This document shows, piece by piece, positions 44,901-54,603 of a stretch of DNA of 54,603 bases. This DNA is from Chiloscyllium plagiosum (lineage: Eukaryota): assembly GCF_004010195.1 (NCBI RefSeq), contig NC_057751.1, positions 3,068,379 to 3,122,981 of the forward strand, written 5' to 3'. The stretch's first letter is position 1, and each line of letters begins with the position of its first letter. A program made the position numbers and the translations under genes. Under the pieces are notes generated by a model that saw only the letters and a list, made by a program, of their open reading frames with translations, ran no database searches and had not been told where the DNA came from.

Positions 44901-47900
44901 AAGAACGCATGATCTATCAAGCCAGATGTTTGTGTCAGCTCTGCCTTCGTGGGTGATCAGATCAGCTCAGGTTACAACACTCTGTCCATTAAACAGTTCT
45001 TGTTCAACCCCCTCTTCCTGAGATCGTGTTCAAACTGAGAAAATTCTCCAAGGCCAAGGTGATGGTAAATCGAGGGAAGGGTGTCCTGGGGTGGGCAGAG
45101 AGTTGTGACGAGGGCAGCAGACTGAGGGTACGGAGTAGCTCATTTCGGACTGAGACGAGGAGAAATCTCTTCACCGAGAGAGTGAAGACCCTCAGCCATC
45201 CACGCCAAACACTGACACAAGTTGCTGGACAAGCTCAGCAGGTCTCGCAGCATCAATGGAGAGAAATCAGTGTTCAGGTTTCAGGGCCAGGGACCCTTTT
45301 TGTGAATGGAGAACTGCACCCACAATTCTTTGGGGTTCTATTAAAGCCAAACATTGAAGGTGTGCGAGGAGTCAGGTACAGATCTTCGGGCGATGGGGGA
45401 TTGAAGGATCTGGGGGAGCAGGTGGGAACAGACAGGGTTGGATGGTCAACCAGGGTCATGTTGAAGGGCTGAATGGCCTTTTGCTGCTGTCCGTCTTTGC
45501 CCATCACAGCAATGGTGGTGGGGGGGGAAGACCCAGCCTGAAGCGCCTGGACGGTGTGCGCACAGGAAGATCCCAGAGTGAGCGACAGGGAGCAGGGCAG
45601 TACTCACCACTCAGTGAAGAAGGCGGGGTTATTGAGGATGGTTGCCACAATGCGAGCACCCAGTTGGGGGGGAGTTGACCAAGTACACCTTGCCGTTAAC
45701 ATCAACTGCGAACGGATCCGTATGAGGCTCGGATTATCCCGGGATACGATAGTCAGGCTTCCCACTCGTTCATCTGGGAACAGGGGCGAAGAGACCTGGT
45801 GAAATGGCTCACCCCCATCCCAATAATCCGTCGGTCACTTTCTGCCCCCCCAGAGGATCTCTGAGAGCAGCTTTCCAGAATGTTCTCCACTCCCAGAGAG
45901 CATCCACACTCTCTCTCTCTCTCTGCTGATAGTTACTCTGTGCTCCTGCTCACTGGTGGGCCTCCAGGTCAGAAGGGGACATGTTATCTTCCCCAATCAC
46001 CCCCAACTGCCCACATCCAATCCAGAGAGCGCTTCCCAGGGCCCACCTGATTCCATCGCTCGCTGACCTTCCGGAAAGTTCAGCTCATCAAATGTTCAGG
46101 GGCCTGCGCTTGACCTTGTACCAAGTCCAGTTACCACAGGCCCATCTGCGCACCCCCCTTCCCCCACCCACCCCCAATCTTCCTGGGGTTGGGGAAAGTC
46201 TCAGGTCCTGGGAGGCCGCTCCCTGCCCACTCACCGCATAACCCGAAGTTCTTGGAGTAGGACTGGGCACAGAGGAGCTCAAAGCGTTCAGTCACAAAGT
46301 GCCTGATGGGAAATGCATCTTTGTTCAGGTCTCCAGTTGCAAGGCCTTGGGCTGTTACAAAGAAGAAAGGGAACAGTCTCTTTCTCTGCAAACAGAAGGA
46401 GATACTCATTCAGTGACAGTCCATGGAGGTGAATCCTCCTCCAGTCCCACCGGGAAAATCCTGTCACCCGGAAACAGGGGAGCCGGCGTTCCGGTTCCAG
46501 AGGGACAGAGGACACAGGAGATGTCTTGGTCACTGGAAGGGTTTCTCCGTCAGCCTGCCTCACACACCATCCTGCCTCCGAGAGACCGGGCAGTGAACGT
46601 CTCCCCTTGTCCCTCTACACATCAACCCGGCCACTCCTGCTCCACCCTCCCCCCGCCCCCCAACTCACACACCTCTGAATCCACCCCCCCCCCAATGACA
46701 GCAACTCTCATCCAAATCCTCACATCTGGAGGTTTCGTCTCCTCACTTGAGAGAGGATGTAGTGGCACTGGAGGTTCACCGGGGTGACCGCAGAGTTGAG
46801 GGGGTCAGTTTGTGAGGACAGGCTGAGTAGATTGGGATTATATTCATTGGAATTCAGAAGAATGGGGCGGGGGATCTTATAGAAACAAAGAATTATGGAG
46901 GGAATAGATAAGATAGAAATAGAGAGGATGTTTCCACTGGCAGGTGAAACTAGGACGAGAGGGCATAGCCTCAAAATTAGGGGGAGCAGATTTAGGACTG
47001 ATTTGGGAAGCAATTGAAACATTTAAAAGGCATCTGGATGGGTATATGAATAGGAAGGGTTTGGAGGGATATGGGCCAGGTGCTGGCAGGTGGGACTAGA
47101 TTGGGTTGGGATATCTGGTCGGCATGGACGGGTTGGACCGAAGGGTCTGTTTCCGTGCTGTACATCTCTATGACTCTATGAACTGCTTCACACAGAGGGT
47201 TGTGAATCTATGGAATTCCCTGCCCAGGGAAGTGGTTGACCCTACCTTATGACATGTTTTCCAGGCAAACATGGATTTTTGAACAGGAAAGGAATTAAGG
47301 GATAGGTGGGAGTGTGGGTAAGTGGAGCTGAGTCCGTGACAAGGTCAGCCATGAGCTTACTGAATGGTGGGGCAGACTCGATGGGCCAGATGGCCTCCTC
47401 CTGCTCCTGGTTCTGAGGATTGTGTGTAGCCAGGCCAGTCCAGAGCAAGAGGGAAGGGGTCCCCTCTGTCAGAATCATGGAGTCTCCCTATGGACAGGGA
47501 CTCAGGGTCTCCCACAGAGACTCCTGACTGAATGGATCCAGCTGCTTGAACCATTCTCCTCAATCCCCTCAGCTCCCTCTGAAAGATCCTGGTGGCCTTG
47601 TTGGAAGGTGTGGTGAACAGATCCACACGCACCCATTTCCAGGTGTGGTTTCACCTCCAGGGGGAGAGGACTTGAATATAAAAGCAGGGACGTACTTCTG
47701 AGGCTCTGTCAGGCTCCGGTCAGACCACATTTGGAATATTGTGCGCAGTTTTAGGCCCCATATCTCAGGAAGGATGGACTGGTCCTGCAGCGTGTTCAGA
47801 CGAGGTTCACGAGAATGGTCTCAGGAATGTGCAGCTTAACATACGAGGAACGTTCGAGGACCCTGGGTTTATACTGGATGGAGATTGGAAGGATGTGGGG

Positions 47901-50694
47901 GATTGAATTTCAAACATAGAGAATCCTGAATGGCCTGGACAGAGTGGATGTTGGGAAGATGTTTCCATTGGTGGGAGAGACTCCGACATGAGGGCACAGC
48001 CTTAGAGTAAAGGGAAGACCCTTTAGAATGGAGATAAGGAGAAACCTCTTCAGCCAGAGAGTGGGGAATCGGTGTGATTCACTGTCATAGAAGGTTTTGG
48101 GGGCCAGGTCATTGAGTATATTTAAGACAGAGATCAATAGGTGATAGAGAATGAAGGGTTAATGGAGAGAAAGGGCTTGAGAAACTTATCAGCCCATGAT
48201 TGAATGGTGGAGCAGAGTCAATGGGCTGAATGACCTCATTTCTGCTCCTTTGTCTTCTGGTCTGATGGAGGGGGCTTGGGGAGCATTCACTCTTCAAGAG
48301 GTAACTACAATACAATCTCAGCTGGAACAAAGCAGGAAGGAGGGGAACAGCAAGTGGGTTATACCACAGAAGGCCATGGAGGGCACGGCCTGTGTTTGAG
48401 AGAGAGGAAGGGTTCGAGGGTTACAGGGGGAAGGCCGGAGAATGGGCCTGGGAAACATTACCAGCCATGATCGAATGGCCTCATTTTCCTGTGCTGTCTG
48501 TGGGTGCAATGGTCTGGAGGTTAAAGGTCCTGCTATCCCCTCAGGAACAGCCACTCAGTCTGGGCTGGAGTCAAACATGCTGACTTCACACTAACCAGCT
48601 CCTCCAACAGACAGTCTGTGCTAAATCACAGAGAGGAGCGACTGGAAAGCTGCTGAGGTAACCCCTTCCCAGCAAGGCTTGGAGAACAACTGAACATCTC
48701 TGTGTGTTGGATGGATGGGAGATGAGGGGACCTGTGTTTCGTGTCTTTTCTGTGACAGTCTGGTACCCTCTCTCTTTCCCGTTTGCTCACTGGAGGTGGG
48801 TGTCACTGACTGGGCGAGCATTTACCGGCCATTCATCACCCAGCTCCCCACACACCAGGCTCGAGGTGGGGTCTAACCTCGGAGGGGAGGGGACTTGAAC
48901 CTAAAAGCAGGGATTTACTTCTGAGGCTGTGTAAGGTCAGACCACAATTGGAGTATAGTGCACAGTTTTGGGCCCCGTTGGAGAGCTGAACACGTTGCTG
49001 TGGGTCTGGAGTTAAATGGAGGCCATTCCCGTTCAGGATAGTCGTCCCCTTTCCCGGGGGGACAATAGTGAACCTGATGGTGGTTCTCCCACCATGGTCA
49101 TCATGGGATTTTCCATGGAATTCCAATCCCACCATTGGCTGGGGTGGGATTCTATCCTAGCACCACTGGGTCTCTGATGATGATAATGCCCCCTGCCCCA
49201 CCTTGGCCATGCCCACCCTGTTGGCATCTCCCCATGGTCCTGTGGTTGAGTGGGAGCCGGAGGGTGGGTTGGCAAGGGGGTGTCACCCCTGACCCCTGGT
49301 CCCTCACCTTCATGACCTCCGCGATCTGCCTCCACTCGGCGGGGGTTGGATCCATGGCTGTCGGCCAATGAGCTGCCACTTGCAGCACGATGATGGAATA
49401 TTCCGGAGCGTTCTGGAAGGAGCACAGAGAGAGAGAGAGAGATGTCGACTAAATCACCACCACTCTCCCCTCCCTGAATTAACGTCTCGGGACGGGTCAC
49501 CCATCTTCCTTCCTGCACCCGTCTCCCCCTCCCACACCCTCATCAGAATGGGGAAAGGAAGGGGGGCATCTCCTCTCCCATCCCCCTCCTCCCAGCATCT
49601 CCCACCCAAAACCTTGAGCCTTTCCCCCTCCTGGTCACCAACCTTTCCCAATGTCTTGTGGCCGGTCTACGCTGGATTGGGTTGGGTTGGGGTGGGGGCC
49701 GGTCCATGTTGGGTTGGGGTTGGGGTTAGGGTTAGGGTGGGTAGGGGGAAGGCTCTGAGGTGGGAACACTAGGTTGACAGGCCGTGCGGGGAGATGCTGA
49801 CGCTGCACTGGGGGGGTGAGGGGGCTGGGGAAGTGGGCCAGGATGGGCAGCGAGTTGATGGAAGTTGCCGGAAGCAGCACGGTCAGGGGCGTCAAGGAAG
49901 TGCCCACTGCCTCACGGGAGGGAGGGAGGGCTGACTCACCAGTTAGGGCTGGTATTTAACATCGTAAGGAGGCACTGACCAGGTCTGTCACACACGAAGG
50001 GAGCCATTAAACGCTGCCTGTTGTGAGGGTTTCGGTTTTAACAGGGTAACCTTCTCACATCGCTGTCTTACTGGTCCTTTCCTGACCCACTCTCTGCACT
50101 CCCTGGTTGTTGGGATGTCATGTTGAGTTTGTACAGGAGGTTGGTAAGGCCCCGACTGCAGTACTGGGTGCAGTCACCCTGCTTTTGGAAGGATATTATT
50201 AAACTGGAGAGGGTTCAGAAGAGGGAGACCAGGATATTACCGGGGATTGAGCTGTAAGAAGAGGCTGAACAGGCTGGGACATTTTTCACTGGAGGGTCAG
50301 AGGTTGAGGGGTGACCCTCGGGGAGTTGGTAAAATCGAGAGGAGTACAGGTAGAGTTTGAAAATAGGTTTCTTTTCACCATCATGTGAAAGACAAGGGGG
50401 GCATATTTTGAAGGTGAGAGGACAGACATTTAAAAAAGACAAGGGGGGAAAATGTTTGAGACCAAGGCTGGATCACGTGTGTAGTGAACTGCCTGAGGAC
50501 GTGCTTGATGTGGTTATAATTACAACGTTGAAAAGACATTTGGATCAGGACATGAATGGGAAGGGTTTGGAGGGATATTGGTCGGACGAATTTAGTTTTG
50601 GATTACGTTCGAATAGTGTGTTTCCGTGTTGTGTGACTTGGTGTTCTCTGTTTGAATAAATGTCCCATTCTCCAGCCCTGCTGCCTGTCATTGG

Positions 50695-50725
<31 letters not shown>

Positions 50726-51871
50726 GTCACCAGTCTGTCCCATCTCCCCAGCCTCCCATGTCAGTGACCGGCCCGAGCAGGAATCTGGTACCTCCATGTC
50801 CTCCAGCCACTGTGGGATGGCCAGGCACAGCTTCTCATGATCCCAGTAAAGATAACGACGGATATCACTGAAGCCAGCTCCTTGGAAGGTGAACACGTGT
50901 GTCTCTGCCAGGGAACACAAGCAGACAGAGAGAAAGAGAGAGAGAGAAAGGTTATTCCCACCTGGGGACCACTGATCCTGAAGAGGTCTCTGTCTGGTCA
51001 GCCCCCGCCACAGGAACACCACTCTCTGGGCACCAGCCTACCATGACCCTGGGACCACTCTCCACAGGCCAGAGTACCACTGGCTCAGGACCTGCTGATC
51101 TGACATGCACATTCAGGCTCACTTCACATTTACATAGCTGCCAGCACAGCCCCAGAGTGGCCTGAAGGGGTTTACTGTTTACCTGTTTGGTTTGGGAGTG
51201 GGATTGTTGTGGGAGATGTTATGTGTGGGGTGTGTGCACAGCAAGACTCCAGTGGGGGCAGAAATGTGTCTGTGTCTGTGCAGGATCGGGTGCGATTCAC
51301 AGTGTGTTACCCTGTTATGGGAAGGATATTACTAAACTGCAAAAAGTGCAGAGGAAATTTCCCCGGATGTTGCCTGGACTCAAAGGTCAGAGTTGTCAGG
51401 AGAGGTTGAACAAGCTCGGACATTTTTATTCAGAGACTGAGGGGGGAGACCTTTTATAGAGGTGTAGAAGATCGTGAAAGGCATGGATAGGGTGAATGCA
51501 CTCAGTGTTTTCCCCGGGGTTGGGGGGTTGAGGACTACAGGACATCAGTTTGAGGTTAGAGGGGAAAGAATAAAAAGGGAGCCTGAGGGGTAATGCTTTT
51601 ACACAGAGGATGGTACGGATATGGAATGAGCTGCCAGTGGAAGTGGTTGAGGTGGGTACATTGACAATGTGGACAGCAGTTGGCGGCGGAGGTGGGAGGT
51701 GGGAGGTGGGGGGGGGGGGGGGACAGGATGACTCACCCCAGCAGGGCTCCGAGACATAGACAGCGGGAGACCTGGGGTCAGTAATGGTGAACCATCGCTT
51801 GAGAAACTGCGCGGCCATGAACAGAGCTCCGTTTCCTCCGGGGACCTGGATACTGTCGGCCTGGGGTGGGG

Positions 51872-51904
<33 letters not shown>

Positions 51905-52951
51905 GTTGGGGGGTGGGGTTTGGCATCGGTCAGCAGAGGACTCTTCGTATATCCCACAGCGACACTCCCTCCCTCCCCCACAACCTCCCTCCCCCACAAC
52001 CTCCCCCCACCCCTATTTAAGAAAGAGTTGGATAGAGCTCTTAAGGATAGTGGGATCAAGGGTTATGGAGATAAGGCAGGAACAGGATACTGATTAAGGA
52101 TGATCAGCCATGATTATATTGAGTGGTGGTGCAGGCTCGAAGGGCAGAATGGCCTACTTCTGCACCTAATGTCTATTGTCTTCCCCATCATGGAGGTCCA
52201 TGTGTCCTGCAGGGGCTGGGGAGGGCCAACGGGTGAGCAATGTGCCCCCACCCCCCCCCCCCACCACCCAACCTACCCCCCCCCCCCTCTGCCCAGTGTG
52301 GGTGAGGTGCTTCCACACTGAGCCCTGTTTACCCGTGCCCCAGGGGCAGACCGTGTGAGGTAGTGAGAACACCCCAGCAGTGCCCACCACACCTGCACTG
52401 GAATGGCGCCCAGATGTGGTCCCTCCAGCAGAGTCTGTGACCCGTAGCTGCTGATGGTGTGGAACACTGGGACACAGGGTGACCTGTTTTGACCTCTGTG
52501 CTGACCCCCATGCCGTGCGAAGCAGATTGAGAACCCAGTCAGGATCCCCCTGAGGGTGGGAGAGCAGTGAGGTGAGCCATATCTTTGGGACGTTGGGAAT
52601 GGGTCCATGTTCAGTATGGCCTCTTCCCAAGGGGAGCGGTGTGGTGGGCTCACCCAGAGCCAGGCAGACCAGCCCTGCTCAAGCCCACCACAGTGACTGC
52701 CGATGTGGTTGAAACCCACCAGGACCCCTCTTCCCCCCACCCTACCCCCCACCCCCCCCAAAGACTCACCCTCTTCTCCACGATCGCAATGCTCTCACTA
52801 CCCAGGATAAGGGCTGTAGATACCCTGTTAAACTCCGACTGCCCCAGCACTGATATGTCATCATGGCACAGTGTCGGGTCGTTTAGGATCTGCCTGTGAA
52901 CCTTCCTGACCACGGGCAGCGTCCACACCTCTCCGTCCTCGGCAAAGTACT
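41755..52951 (-). CDS. GOT1L1: Aspartate aminotransferase-like protein (GOT1L1-like), 5'-partial; exons 2-9: complement join(52770..52951,51737..51860,50792..50904,49308..49412,46235..46385,45608..45773,43923..44065,41755..41927)
   Basis: Internal exon sizes 182/124/113/105/151/166/143 match the GOT1-family structure as I recall it; all GT-AG, continuous frame, no stops. Motifs include WTLPVVRKV, PGGNGAL, NAPEYS, CAQSYSKNFGL (PLP Lys), ERVG, GARIVATIL and HIYL..GQIN. The GQIN (not GRIN) motif and overall divergence favour GOT1L1 over GOT1. Confidence 0.88.
43923..44065 (-). CDS. GOT1L1: GOT1L1-like exon 8 (QANLRSMAERLMLIREKL...NHIRRQIGLYMFADFK), 143 nt
   Basis: CCCCAG| acceptor, AAG|GTGAGG donor; aligns to TMADRILTMRSEL...NHITDQIGMFSF. 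Confidence 0.94.
44448..44620. mobile_element. Penelope-derived repeat, head-to-head inverted pair with decayed hammerhead cores
   Basis: GTCAACGTTTCTGGCATAAGCCCTTCA ... CCTGATGAGCTTATGCCCG..GTCGACTCTCCTGCTCC. Confidence 0.7.
45608..45773 (-). CDS. GOT1L1: GOT1L1-like exon 7 (DERVGSLTIV...TWSTPPQLGARIVATILNNPAFFTEW), 166 nt
   Basis: TTCCCAG| acceptor, TG|GTGAGT donor; not in the ORF track, found by manual translation. Confidence 0.95.
46235..46385 (-). CDS. GOT1L1: GOT1L1-like exon 6 (RKRLFPFFFVTAQG...CAQSYSKNFGLC), 151 nt
   Basis: TTTGCAG| acceptor, G|GTGAGT donor; carries the class-I aminotransferase PLP-attachment motif SYSKNFGL. Confidence 0.95.
46725..47415 (+). mobile_element. CR1 3' fragment interrupted by a nested CR1 3' end (47011-47181)
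   Basis: Host sequence resumes colinearly after the insert; the insert ends in an (ACTCTATG)n-type tail. Confidence 0.87.
47665..48262 (+). mobile_element. CR1 LINE 3' fragment
   Basis: Colinear with 36540-37195. Confidence 0.88.
49308..49412 (-). CDS. GOT1L1: GOT1L1-like exon 5 (NAPEYSIIVLQVAAHWPTAMDPTPAEWRQIAEVMK), 105 nt
   Basis: TTCCAG| acceptor, AAG|GTGAGG donor; aligns to [27 protein letters not shown]. Confidence 0.95.
50110..50650 (+). mobile_element. Degenerate CR1 3' fragment
   Basis: KDIIKLERVQ, ELPEDVLD..LKRHLD. Confidence 0.8.
50792..50904 (-). CDS. GOT1L1: GOT1L1-like exon 4 (ETHVFTFQGAGFSDIRRYLYWD...LEDME), 113 nt
   Basis: GGCAG| acceptor, GAG|GTACC donor; aligns to [22 protein letters not shown]. 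Confidence 0.94.
51290..51670 (+). mobile_element. CR1 3' fragment
   Basis: PCYGKDITKLQKVQRKFPRMLPGL..WNELP. Confidence 0.82.
51737..51860 (-). CDS. GOT1L1: GOT1L1-like exon 3 (ADSIQVPGGNGAL...VYVSEPCW), 124 nt
   Basis: CCCCAG| acceptor, G|GTGAGT donor; aligns to VGGVQSLGGTGAL...VYVSSPTW. Confidence 0.94.
52770..52951 (-). CDS. GOT1L1: GOT1L1-like exon 2 (EYFAEDGEVWTLPVVRKV...IVEKR), 182 nt
   Basis: TTTGCAG| acceptor and AGG|GTGAGT donor on the - strand; aligns to GOT1 AYRTDD..WVLPVVKKV..KEKR. Confidence 0.94.
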
Positions 52952-53387
52952 CTGCAAACAACAGCCACAGCGTGGGGTCAGTCTCTCCATCTCGGTGCCA
53001 CTCCTCCAGCTCTGAGTAAGACACACTGTGCTCTCTGGGCATACAGTGGTCAAGTCACCCCATTGGTGTAGTGGCTGGCAACTATCACACAATGGTCGTC
53101 CTACTCAACGTCCTGGAGTCCATTATCCCTGCACAAACCCTACCCTATCTCCTGCTGCTTTCCCCTTCCCCACGATTTCCATCCACCAAATACCTCAGGA
53201 AGGCCTCTGTCCAGTCTGCCCTCATTATCTTTCCAGGGATAGAGTGAGCAGACTTGGCCAACATCTGTTGGACTCCTGGCGAGTGAAGGATTATCTGATT
53301 GAAGAGCCTGACGGATAATTCCGCAAGAAATGGCAACAGGATGAGGCCATTCAGTCCCCAGTCCTGCTCTGCCAATCAATAGCATCA

Positions 53388-53575
53388 TGGCAGATGCTGG
53401 AGATTCGAGTGCTGCTGGAAAAGCACAGTGGGTCAGGCAGCATCCGAGGAGCAGGAAAGTCAACATTTCGGCCATTCCTCATTCCTGATGAAGGGCTTTT
53501 GCCTGTAACGTCGATATTCCTGCTCCTTGGATGCGGCCAGACCTGCTGTGCTTTTCCAGCAATACTCAAATCTTG
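53388..53575. mobile_element. Penelope-derived repeat, inverted pair
   Basis: About 65-bp imperfect inverted arms around CCTGATGAAGGGCTTTTGCCTGTAACGTC. Confidence 0.78.
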
Positions 53576-54429
53576 ACTTGCGTTGCATCATGGCTAATCC
53601 AACTTTGCTCGAGTTCGCATTCCTCCCTTTTCCCTTTACCCTCCACTCCTTGAATTGATCAACAATCTATCAATCTTTGAATCCCCTCTCCCCGACCGAG
53701 TGAGGACCTCTCTCTCTCTCTTTCTCTGCCTAAAATGGATGCAAGTGCTCTGCCCTGACACCTCTCTGTGGCAAGGAGTTCCAAAGACCCGCCAGTGTGT
53801 GAGAGAAGCAATTCCTCCTCATCCCAGTCTGCAGTTGGTGCCCCTTTATTCTGAGACACTCTGCTCCTGAACTCTCCCAGGACGGGGGTGGGGGGTGGGG
53901 GGGAGCATCTCCTCAGCATTGACCCCATCCAACCCTTTCAATCGGATCACCTGTCCTGCCTCGAGTGGAATCCCAACCTGGTTAACATTTGCTGCAAAGA
54001 CAATCCCTCCACAGCACGGACCAGCCAAGTAAATCCTCTCAGTCCTGCCTCCCATGAAGTGATAGCTGCAGGTTGACTGGATAGGGAGGTGGGGGAGTGT
54101 GGGACGAGGGCTGACAGGAGGACTGAGAGGAAGAGAAGGCTTTCTGAACAGGCAGGTGAAGCTGTCTCCAAGCCCATTCTCAGGGCCGTGCAGCACTGTG
54201 AACGGAAAGTGGTCATCCCCCTGAACCGAGGGGACAGGCACCAGGTGCAGATGTTCTGTCCAGTTTGCCAAAGTTAAAATCCAATCCTAACTGTGGACCA
54301 AGTGTGTGTGTGTGTGAACTGAGCTGTTACCCACCTGGATTCTATCACCAGTATGCTGTGATGACCCACACCCAGAACCACGACCTCATCTTGTCAGTAT
54401 TGCACAGAAAGGGATTCTGAACTAGTCCG

Positions 54430-54603
54430 AAGGACTGGAACAATGGGCTGAGGAATGGCAAATGGAGTTTAATTCAGATAAATGTGAGGTGCTGAATTTT
54501 GGGAAAGGCAAATCTTAGCAGGATTTATACAGTCAATGGTAAGGTCCAAGGGAGTGTTGCTGAACAAAGAGAGTGCAGGTTCATAGCTCCTTGAAAGTGG
54601 AGT
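54430..54603 (+). mobile_element. CR1 ORF2 fragment running off the window end
   Basis: [22 protein letters not shown]. Confidence 0.85.

Noticed and set aside
44230..44980. Second possible solo LTR
   Set aside because: Composition is suggestive, but I could not define termini or a TSD.
53193..53302. Candidate GOT1L1 exon 1 (donor GAG|GTATTT on -)
   Set aside because: No similarity to the AspAT N-terminus, and the phase-1 frame needed to join exon 2 has stops; true exon 1 is probably beyond the window.

Overview
Vertebrate genomic DNA, almost certainly a shark. The repeat set (HE1-type SINEs, CR1 LINEs, Penelope-derived short repeats) suggests a carpet or bamboo shark, which is inference. 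Two intron-containing protein-coding genes can be reconstructed by hand. (1) A complete six-exon TGFA on the + strand: CDS join 5536-5575, 15741-15794, 21354-21471, 22811-22960, 24357-24460, 26880-26887; 157 aa. (2) Exons 2-9 of a cytosolic aspartate aminotransferase paralogue, GOT1L1-like, on the - strand (52951 down to 41755; exon 1 not found and probably outside the window). The genes are convergent, about 14 kb apart. The rest is dense in retroelement debris, with two minisatellites (33 bp and 41 bp units) and two N gaps. Most notable: the GOT1L1-like protein keeps a perfect exon structure and the PLP lysine but has lost many canonical aminotransferase residues. Several families of short repeats carry minimal hammerhead ribozyme cores with compensating stem changes, and one copy is flanked by a 15-bp target-site duplication. 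A roughly 50-copy 41-bp array with a constant core and a two-state variable segment sits just before the last TGFA exon. Almost all ORFs in the supplied track are non-genic.
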